A model generated the notes under the pieces. That model had not been told where the DNA came from, did no database searches, and saw only the letters and a program-made list of their open reading frames with translations. Position numbers and translations under genes: made by a program. Source: Patescibacteria group bacterium (GTDB taxonomy: Bacteria > Patescibacteriota > Minisyncoccia > Phycocordibacterales > UBA918). Taken from it: a stretch of 40,660 nt of DNA. Below, piece after piece: positions 33,841 to 40,660 of the stretch (position 1 is the first letter of the stretch; every line of letters starts with the position of its first letter). The stretch is taken from the NCBI GenBank assembly GCA_015485575.1, contig WFTF01000047.1, positions 1 to 40,660 on the forward strand, read 5' to 3'.

Positions 33841-34218
33841 GTCCATTTCTCTCCGTTCCGAGCGAGAGCTCGGACGCCCGATGTGAGGAGCCTGCGACGA
33901 ACCAGGGCGAGGTGAGAAGCGAATACTTGGAGCTTCGCAAGACCTTGCCTAGTATTTCTGGAGCTTGCGAACAGAAATACTGACAAGGTGTACTGCTGCT
34001 GTAAGCAGGGAAGCGAATCCGCTTTACCACTTACAACGCTTTGTCCCGCTGGACTTTTTATTCCGTTCTTGCATCGTGAGAAAGTCCGTGGGACTTTCGC
34101 AAGAGGTTGCCTGCTATTTCATGACCGGAGGGAAATGAAATAGCGACAACCTGAACAGCTTCTGTAGGAAGCGGACGCCAACGTGAGGTAAGACGGCTTG
34201 AGAGTCTGTCACAAGGTT
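33841..34218 (+). ncRNA. Candidate structured non-coding region (copy C2 of the shared two-hairpin motif)
   Basis: A run of about 380 nt has no ORF and many hairpins. These include TCCGAGC-GAGA-GCTCGGA, 33916-33936, 33943-33988, and AGGTTG..GCTATTTCAT-12 nt-ATGAAATAGC..CAACCT at 34104-34152. Confidence 0.4.
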
Positions 34219-34249
34219 ACCACCTAGGTCATTCGATGACCTAGGTGGT
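34219..34249. repeat. Palindrome family B, copy 2
   Basis: ACCACCTAGGTCAT-TCG-ATGACCTAGGTGGT, with 14-bp arms. Confidence 0.85.
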
Positions 34250-34413
34250 TGTGCATATACAAAGGGTGGTATAGAGAAGTGTACGCTATAAAAATAAAGG
34301 TGCTCATAGATACAATTAAGGTATACAAAATAGAGGAATCACAGGTGTATTGATATATCCCCACAACACCTTACAACCTTTGGCAGGATTGGACTGTGTT
34401 ACAATTTTCACAT

Positions 34414-35202
34414 ATGGCACATAAACCTCATACGCCGTTGGTTGTGGGTAATTGGAAGATGAATCCTGCCACTATCGGTCAAGCTCGCAAACTTTTTTTG
34501 GATACACGACGTGCAATTGGGCGAAGAAAGCTGGAAACACAAATTGCTATTGCACCCCCCTTTCCCTTTCTGTCTGAGATGCGGCGTTTGTCACCCTCGC
34601 AGCGTATTGAGTTGGCGGCGCAAGATGTTTTTTTTGAGAGCATTGGTGCATACACCGGTGAGGTGTCACTGCCGATGCTTAAAAGCGTTGGCGTTACGGC
34701 AGTGATTGTGGGACACTCTGAACGTCGTGCTGCCGGGGAGACGGATGAGGAAATATATAAAGATATACAAGCTATTTTTAAAAGTGGCGTAACCGCTATT
34801 GTGTGCGTGGGTGAAAAGGTGCGGGATAGTCACGGCAATTACTTTGGGGTGGTGGAGGCACAGTTGCGCTCGGCATTGCGTGACGTTCCAAAAACGAAAC
34901 TCCGACAATTGGTGATTGCGTATGAGCCGGTATGGGCAATCGGTACTGGAAAACATGCGACTCCGGAAGATGTATATGAGATGAAGTTGTTTATCCAAAA
35001 AATTATTGCAGATGTATTCGGAAGACCGGCACTTGCAAAAGTGCGAATTCTCTACGGTGGGTCAGTGAATAAAAAGAACGCACAAGATCTGCTTGCGGTT
35101 GGAGGAGTTGATGGTTTTTTGGTAGGAGGAGCGAGTTTAAAGCCGAAGGAATTTGCCACCATTATTCACATAGCGGAAGAATATGCCAAAGCAACCGTTT
35201 GA
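34414..35202 (+). CDS. tpiA: Triosephosphate isomerase
   Basis: VVGNWKMN, VGHSERR and AYEPVWAIGTG motifs. An alternative GTG start lies at 34396. Confidence 0.95.
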   Translation: MAHKPHTPLVVGNWKMNPATIGQARKLFLDTRRAIGRRKLETQIAIAPPFPFLSEMRRLSPSQRIELAAQDVFFESIGAYTGEVSLPMLKSVGVTAVIVGHSERRAAGETDEEIYKDIQAIFKSGVTAIVCVGEKVRDSHGNYFGVVEAQLRSALRDVPKTKLRQLVIAYEPVWAIGTGKHATPEDVYEMKLFIQKIIADVFGRPALAKVRILYGGSVNKKNAQDLLAVGGVDGFLVGGASLKPKEFATIIHIAEEYAKATV

Positions 35203-36340
35203 CAGAGTAACCCGACAGCATGAATTGCGGGGGCGTTATGTGCTGCTGCGCTTGTCTGTAAACGTACCTATCAAGGAAGGTGTTGTCACGAATCAGTTTC
35301 GTATCCTGCGCAGCTTGCCGACATTGCAATTTTTGGTGCGCCAGGGTGCACGGGTGATAGCGTGTGGGCACATAGGTCGTGACGGGTCTGAGAGCATACA
35401 GCCGGTTGCGGATATATTTGCACAGTATGTACCGGTTGCGGTATCACCGGAAGTGTCGGGTACGGTCTCTAAAAATATGCGTGACGAATTGCAAGACGGT
35501 GAGGTGCTGTTTTTGGAAAATCTACGAAAAGATCCAAGAGAAAAAAAGAATGATTCCAACTTTGCGCGAGAACTTGCCGACTTTGCAGATATCTACGTCA
35601 ATGATGCATTTGCCGCATCACATCGTCCCCATGCCTCTTTGGTTGGAGTGCCGAAGTTTTTACCATCGTACGTTGGCATGAACTTTGTGCATGAATATGA
35701 AGAGTTATTAAAGGCGCGAAAACCGGAGCATCCCGCTTTGTTTATGTTGGGTGGTTCAAAATTTGAGACAAAAATGCCACTGATTGAAAAGTTTCTGGAT
35801 GTGTATGATCACGTGTTTGTTGGTGGGGCGCTCGCCAATGATTTACTTAAAGCAAAAGGGTATGAAGTCGGGAAATCTCTGGTATCTGATATTGACTTGT
35901 CGGACAGTTCCCTGTTACAACATCCCGCTCTTGTGTTGCCAATAGATGTGACGGTAGCGAGCAAGGGAGAAAGTCGTGTCTGTGCCGTTGATGATGTCAA
36001 ATCTAATGAGATGATTATGGATGTTGGTCCGAAGACGGTTGCTCTGCTCGCCGGTTTGATGAACCGTGCGAAGATGGTGCTCTGGAACGGTCCGTTTGGG
36101 AACTATGAGCAAGGGTTTGATGCCCAGACGGTTTCCACCGCAAAGATACTTGCCGGTGCGCCCGGATATTCTATTGTGGGCGGTGGTGATACAGTAGCTT
36201 CAATTGAGGCGCTTTGTTGTCAAGAACACTATAGTTTTCTATCTACTGCGGGAGGGGCGATGCTGACCTTTTTGGAAGAGGGTACGTTGCCCGCCATTGA
36301 GGCGTTGCAAGATGCGCCACAGAAAAAAGCAGGTTCATAA
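35183..36340 (+). CDS. pgk: Phosphoglycerate kinase
   Basis: 385 aa with RLSVNVP, FLENLR and AFAASHR motifs and a C-terminal GGGDT. It overlaps the tpiA 3' end by 20 nt. Confidence 0.9.
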   Translation: MPKQPFDRVTRQHELRGRYVLLRLSVNVPIKEGVVTNQFRILRSLPTLQFLVRQGARVIACGHIGRDGSESIQPVADIFAQYVPVAVSPEVSGTVSKNMRDELQDGEVLFLENLRKDPREKKNDSNFARELADFADIYVNDAFAASHRPHASLVGVPKFLPSYVGMNFVHEYEELLKARKPEHPALFMLGGSKFETKMPLIEKFLDVYDHVFVGGALANDLLKAKGYEVGKSLVSDIDLSDSSLLQHPALVLPIDVTVASKGESRVCAVDDVKSNEMIMDVGPKTVALLAGLMNRAKMVLWNGPFGNYEQGFDAQTVSTAKILAGAPGYSIVGGGDTVASIEALCCQEHYSFLSTAGGAMLTFLEEGTLPAIEALQDAPQKKAGS

Positions 36341-36364
36341 AACAATAGTGCAGGGAGTGCCTTT

Positions 36365-36790
36365 TTATGCGCTCTCTTCCTCCAGATTGTCTATTGCGGC
36401 AATTAGTTGAGTGGCAACTATCGCAAGTTCTTCATCAGTTGCCTCTTTGCCGTTCGGGAGTATCTCACCAAGCGCTTGTTTGGTGTCTTGCATCGGGTAG
36501 ATTTTGATGTGTACATGTGGCACGTCAAATCCTTCCACCACCAAGCAGGTGCGTTGCGCATTCAGCGCTGTATCGGACGCCTTTGCAATTCGTTTTGCCA
36601 CTTTAAACAAGTGGAGATAGGTGTCATCGTCCAAGTCAAATGCATAGTCCATTTCTTTTTTTGGGATAACCAATGATTGACCCTTTACTGCAGGGAAGCG
36701 GTCCAGTATGACCACACAGTGATCATCTTCGTACAGAAAGTGTGCGGGCACTTTTCGTTTGATTATTTTTGTGAAAATTGATTCTGACAT
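36365..36790 (-). CDS. HIT-family protein with a variant triad
   Basis: 141 aa. The HIT fold pattern ends in PHVHIKIYP, that is H-x-H-x-K instead of H-x-H-x-H. Confidence 0.75.
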   Translation of the reverse strand: MSESIFTKIIKRKVPAHFLYEDDHCVVILDRFPAVKGQSLVIPKKEMDYAFDLDDDTYLHLFKVAKRIAKASDTALNAQRTCLVVEGFDVPHVHIKIYPMQDTKQALGEILPNGKEATDEELAIVATQLIAAIDNLEEESA

Positions 36791-36830
36791 AATTGCTGAA
36801 AACTATAAGTATGTGTATTAAGAAGTATAT

Positions 36831-38555
36831 ATGTGTAACATGGTATCATACGGAATTATGTCGCACTACCGTCTTGCAGATGAAGTTCCGGAAGAGGTGC
36901 AAAAGGCGCTTGCTCGGTACTCGCCGTACCTGCGGCAATTATTGTATACACGCGGTATTGCCGATGCGGAAAGCGCCGCTTTCTTTTTGCAGCCCGACTA
37001 TGATGATTTACACGATCCTTTTTTACTGAATGATATGCGTAAGGCGGTGTATCGCATTTTGACTGCACTGGAGCGCAAGGAAGAGATAGTGATATACAGC
37101 GATTATGACTGTGACGGGATTCCCGGCGGTGTGATATTGCACGATTTCTTCAAAGCCATTTCCTACAAAAAAGTACGCAATCATATACCGCATCGGCACT
37201 ATGATGGATTTGGGTTGCATACAGAGGCGGTCCGGAAACTCTCTAAAGAAGGAGTGACGCTGATAATTACCGTTGATTGCGGATCTACCGATGTGGAAGC
37301 GATTGACACCGCAAACAAGCTGGGGATTGATGTTGTTGTGACCGATCATCATCAAGTAAAAGATGCGATACCAGATGCGTATGCGATAGTAAATCCGCAG
37401 GTAGGTGACACTTACCCCTTCAAGGGCTTATGTGGCGCGGCGGTGGCATACAAGCTGGTACAGGCATTGATTGCCGAAGGAGACTTTGATCTGAAAGCCG
37501 GCTGGGAGAAGTGGTGGTTGGATATGGTGGGTATAGCCACCATTGCGGACATGGTGCCGCTTAAGGGAGAAAATCGTACACTTGCATTCTACGGGCTGCA
37601 GGTGCTGCGCAAAAGTCGTCGTCCGGGACTGCAGCAACTGCTACGCAAACAGCGTGCCAGTCAGGCACATTTAACAGAGGACGATATTGGCTTTACCATC
37701 GGACCACGTATCAACGCAGCATCACGCATGGACAACCCTGAAGACGCATTTTACATGCTTGCGGAAACTGACGAAGAGAAGGCAGGCGCGCATGTGCAGC
37801 ATTTGGAAAAACTCAATAACGAACGCAAGGGATTGGTTGCGTCAATGACCAAGGAGGTCCACAAACGAATGCAGCTGATGCTTGAAATCCCAAGTGTACT
37901 GGTGTTGGGGGACCCGCAGTGGCGACCCTCTTTGGTGGGGCTGACCGCAAATAAGCTCGCTGATGAGTATCAACGACCTGCGTTTGTGTGGGGGCGTGAC
38001 GGAAACGGGTGCATCAAAGGATCGTGCCGGTCCAACGGGGAGGTGAGCGTACTTGCACTGATGGAAGCGGTAGCGGACCTCTTTGAGGAGTTTGGGGGAC
38101 ATCACATGGCGGGCGGTTTTGGTGTCAAGGAAGAGGCAATTCATGCCTTGCCGAAGCGTATAGATGAGGCACTGCAGTCCATGGGGGAGGCGGCAAAAAT
38201 AGACAGCACGTATCACGTAGACTATGTACTGACGTTGGATGCATTCAGTCCGAAACTGCTTGCAGAACAGCAACAGCTCGCCCCTTTTGGTGTAGCAAAT
38301 GACAAACCCCTGTATCTTATACGAGAGGTGGTACCGTATTCCGTTTCTCTGTTTGGTAAAGCAAAAGAACATACGAAGCTGAGCTTTCACACCAAGGGTA
38401 TTGCCAAGGAGGCAATTGCGTTTTTCAAGCAGCCGCAGGATTTTTCTCACACTCCCGCGGAAGAAACTGTATGTACACTGCTCGCACATCTTGAGCAATC
38501 GTATTTTATGGGAAAGGTACAAACACGTCTGCGTATCGTTGACATTCTCCCCTAG
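36831..38555 (+). CDS. recJ: Single-stranded-DNA-specific exonuclease RecJ
   Basis: DHH motifs DYDCDG, VDCG and TDHH, plus a DHHA1 region GGHHMAGG. The start is uncertain (ATGs at 36831, 36840 and 36858). Confidence 0.9.
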   Translation: MCNMVSYGIMSHYRLADEVPEEVQKALARYSPYLRQLLYTRGIADAESAAFFLQPDYDDLHDPFLLNDMRKAVYRILTALERKEEIVIYSDYDCDGIPGGVILHDFFKAISYKKVRNHIPHRHYDGFGLHTEAVRKLSKEGVTLIITVDCGSTDVEAIDTANKLGIDVVVTDHHQVKDAIPDAYAIVNPQVGDTYPFKGLCGAAVAYKLVQALIAEGDFDLKAGWEKWWLDMVGIATIADMVPLKGENRTLAFYGLQVLRKSRRPGLQQLLRKQRASQAHLTEDDIGFTIGPRINAASRMDNPEDAFYMLAETDEEKAGAHVQHLEKLNNERKGLVASMTKEVHKRMQLMLEIPSVLVLGDPQWRPSLVGLTANKLADEYQRPAFVWGRDGNGCIKGSCRSNGEVSVLALMEAVADLFEEFGGHHMAGGFGVKEEAIHALPKRIDEALQSMGEAAKIDSTYHVDYVLTLDAFSPKLLAEQQQLAPFGVANDKPLYLIREVVPYSVSLFGKAKEHTKLSFHTKGIAKEAIAFFKQPQDFSHTPAEETVCTLLAHLEQSYFMGKVQTRLRIVDILP

Positions 38556-38824
38556 GTAATTTTGCATGTATTTTCTGGCACCTGTTGGTGCCCTCGGTAC
38601 CTGTCCTTCTACATGCACTTTGTTATGATGTATCGTAACAAGAGTACCGATGTTTTTGGATGGTATGGTAGTGTTTTGCACATCCTGCAATTTTATTGCG
38701 ATATATCGAAATAAATTTTGGAAGTACTGTGTGGGGTGCGTGCTGGCTTAGGTAGCGTGAGTGAGATGGTTGTATGGTATGACATGTGTACACATGTGGT
38801 ATAGTGGTAGGCACATACTTACTT

Positions 38825-39241
38825 ATGCAACACATTACCGTATTTACCGATGGAGGTGCGCGAGGGAATCCCGGACCAGCAGCAATAGGTGCATACTTTT
38901 TAACAGACACGGGGGAAGTGCTTGCGGAGCTGTCAGAGTATATCGGAGAGGCGACGAACAATGTTGCCGAGTACACTGCGGTACAACGCTCACTTGAACA
39001 TTTGCAGGAACTGTATGCCGACACGAGACAGTTGCAGGTTGACTTTAAGCTGGACTCCCAGCTGGTTGAGCGACAGTTAAACGGGGTGTATAAGATTAAA
39101 GATGCAAACCTCAGGACCTATGCTGAGGCAATTAGAGCGTTGGCGGATCAATTTGCCAATGTGTGCTACGCACATGTACCACGATCTGAAAACAAAGAAG
39201 CTGACCGTCTGGTCAACCAAGCACTTGATGCGGCTTGTTAG
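38825..39241 (+). CDS. rnhA: RNase HI-type ribonuclease H
   Basis: TDGGARGNPGPAA, NNVAEYTA, DSQLV and N-x-x-AD catalytic-region patterns. The ATG at 38825 fits the family N-terminus. Confidence 0.8.
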   Translation: MQHITVFTDGGARGNPGPAAIGAYFLTDTGEVLAELSEYIGEATNNVAEYTAVQRSLEHLQELYADTRQLQVDFKLDSQLVERQLNGVYKIKDANLRTYAEAIRALADQFANVCYAHVPRSENKEADRLVNQALDAAC

Positions 39242-39293
39242 TTTTTCGGTGTTGTAGTACAGTTTTCACACACAAAAAAGGAGGTGATTTTTC

Positions 39294-39497
39294 ATGAATA
39301 CATCTGTTACCTCTCTGGAGGAGTTGCGCAAACAGCACCGAGCTCTGGATGCACGAATCAAGAAGTGCGAAAAGCGGCCGGGATGCTGTCCGACTGAAGT
39401 GCGACGCATGAAAAAAGATAAGTTGCGTCTGAAGGAGATAATTACTCTTCTGGAGAAGGAGCGTGGCATGAACGTGTTGGATCTTCCTGGCAATTAA
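39294..39497 (+). CDS. DUF465/YdcH-like small coiled-coil protein
   Basis: AAGGAGG lies 9 nt upstream. The pattern L..L....LD..I...E........E...LKK.KL.LK.EI is typical of DUF465. Confidence 0.7.
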   Translation: MNTSVTSLEELRKQHRALDARIKKCEKRPGCCPTEVRRMKKDKLRLKEIITLLEKERGMNVLDLPGN

Positions 39498-39576
39498 ACA
39501 CGAATTTTACCGGCTCGGATGAGTTGGTACAGGTTGTCCAAGTGGGCGGCCTTTTTCTTTTGCTACAATCAAAAAA

Positions 39577-40660
39577 ATGTCCAATCTCTTTTTTTACACA
39601 ACGGTGGTCGTGTTTGCGCTTGGAGTTTTATTTGTATCTGAGTACCAGGTGCCATTTGCATTTTGGTATTGGGGGATGTTTATGGGTGTGGTACTGGGGG
39701 TGATTGCATTGCGGCGATACGGGCACTCACCTTCGCGTTTTGTGGCACTTTGTGCGGTTATACTTTCTGTATTTTCTTTTGCCGCACTGCATACTGATAA
39801 TTTTCAACAGCAGTTTATGCAATCCTCCTTGCAGGATCTTGTAGGTAGTGAAGTTACTCTGCAGGGGTACATATACAGAGAGCCGGAAACACGTGCCCGT
39901 ACTACACAGATATATGTACAAACCGATGGAGGCAAGGTGCTGCTCTACGCGGATCGCTACGCAAATGTGTCTTATGGTGATCAGGTTCTTGTACAAGGAC
40001 GTCTGGCACAACCACAGGCGTTTGTAACCGATACCGGACGTGTCTTTGACTACGCACAGTATCTGCGGGCACGCGGAGTGTCATACGTTATGTTTGAACC
40101 GCAGATAGACATACAAAGCACCAAGGGAGGCAATCCTCTGTTTGTTGCACTATATCGCTTTAAGGATGCATTTCGCGAGAAACTTGCGCTTCTGTTATCC
40201 GCACCTGAGGTCTACTTGGGGGAGGGGTTGCTTTTGGGAGTGCCATCACTGTCTGAGAGGTGGCAGGACATCTTTCGTACCTCGGGCATTATTCATATTG
40301 TGGTGCTGTCCGGATACAACATCACCATTGTGATTCTGTTTGTGACCTATCTCCTTGCCTATCTACTTCCGTATCGTGTACGTCTGGTGTGTGGGGCGGC
40401 TGCCATTTTCTTATTTGCCGCACTGGTGGGATTTTCAGCGACAGTGCTGCGCGCGAGTATCATGGCAGGTATTCTGTTGCTTTTGAAGTTTACGGGAAAT
40501 ACCTACAATCTCCTGCGAGGTCTAATGATTGCCGGTGTACTGATGGTGCTTTTTAACCCGCTTTTGCTGCGTTACGACCCGGGATTTCAATTGTCATTTT
40601 TGGCGACACTCGGGCTGCTGCTGCTTGCCCCGCACTTGGAAAACTGGTTTAGCTATATAC
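39577..40660 (+). CDS. comEC: ComEC/Rec2 competence channel protein, truncated at its 3' end by the window
   Basis: My own translation from the ATG at 39577 stays open to the window end. It contains GIIHIVVLSGYNITIV and DPGFQLSFLAT, typical of the ComEC competence domain. Confidence 0.85.
   Translation, partial: MSNLFFYTTVVVFALGVLFVSEYQVPFAFWYWGMFMGVVLGVIALRRYGHSPSRFVALCAVILSVFSFAALHTDNFQQQFMQSSLQDLVGSEVTLQGYIYREPETRARTTQIYVQTDGGKVLLYADRYANVSYGDQVLVQGRLAQPQAFVTDTGRVFDYAQYLRARGVSYVMFEPQIDIQSTKGGNPLFVALYRFKDAFREKLALLLSAPEVYLGEGLLLGVPSLSERWQDIFRTSGIIHIVVLSGYNITIVILFVTYLLAYLLPYRVRLVCGAAAIFLFAALVGFSATVLRASIMAGILLLLKFTGNTYNLLRGLMIAGVLMVLFNPLLLRYDPGFQLSFLATLGLLLLAPHLENWFSYI

Noticed and set aside
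34078-34201. RNase P RNA: GAGAAAGTCCGT (34078-34090) and AAGACGGCTTG (34188-34198) resemble the two P4 strands, including the bulged U.
   Set aside because: The two strands are only about 100 nt apart, so there is no room for the specificity domain. I saw no other conserved RNase P regions. AAAGTCCGTGGGAC also pairs well with GTCCCGCTGGACTTT at 34043-34057 as a local hairpin. A covariance-model search (Rfam RNaseP_bact_a/b) would settle it.
33841-34250. tmRNA or SRP RNA in the long intergenic region before tpiA.
   Set aside because: There is no tRNA-like acceptor/T-arm end, no tag reading frame ending in a hydrophobic Ala-rich peptide, and no SRP domain IV motif visible by eye.
37842-38690. 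A 282-aa minus-strand ORF.
   Set aside because: It is almost entirely antisense to recJ, which has clear DHH/DHHA1 motifs. It is a shadow ORF.
1-40660. CRISPR arrays, rRNA genes, integrases or transposases, and long tandem repeats.
   Set aside because: I found no regularly spaced direct repeats, no rRNA-like conserved blocks, and no recombinase motifs on either strand by eye. The only tandem duplication seen is the 10-nt CCCCTAAATT at 16671-16690.

Overview
This 40.66-kb window is gene-dense and roughly mid-40s % G+C by hand sampling. It carries mostly housekeeping genes of a small-genome bacterium. A Patescibacteria/CPR-like origin is only my inference, from the type IV pilus-like operon with giant pseudopilins, the HTH/LAGLIDADG-like genes next to tRNAs, many acidic or coiled-coil hypothetical proteins, and CCA-less tRNAs beside a cca gene.

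Genes I recognise: cca, pta-family, yraN, corA, an alpha/beta hydrolase, an ECF sigma factor with a membrane partner, an MscS-family channel, a trypsin-like protease, HU, a prephenate-dehydratase domain protein, rny, clpP, tig, family-II pyrophosphatase, nusA, pilB/pilC plus three prepilin-like genes, tpiA, pgk, a HIT protein, recJ, RNase HI, a DUF465 protein and a 3'-truncated comEC. There are four tRNAs: Arg-UCG, Gly-GCC, Pro-UGG and Gly-UCC.

The main candidate for something new is at 14.7-16.7 kb. It is a compositionally foreign, G+C-rich segment next to tRNA-Gly(UCC), bracketed by ~35-bp direct repeats that each contain a palindrome. It encodes one 412-aa Trp/Arg-rich ORF in which I recognise no motif. 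A perfect TTGACA-17-TATAAT promoter precedes it, followed by a ~435-nt hairpin-rich leader or candidate ncRNA.

Other observations:
- A dense parS / parS-like array with a trio of DnaA-box-like repeats in a 600-bp non-coding gap (4.85-5.67 kb).
- Two paralogous HTH/LAGLIDADG-like + tRNA-Gly + palindrome modules, with direct or inverted duplications of the tRNA 3' end.
- Two diverged copies of a two-hairpin RNA motif with compensatory stem changes (about 6.1 kb on the minus strand and 33.9 kb on the plus strand).
- Two palindromic repeat families.
- A 20-bp perfect hairpin inside a pseudopilin leader-coding region.

I saw no rRNA, CRISPR array, integrase or transposase. All motif calls, alignments and counts were done by eye or hand and need computational confirmation.
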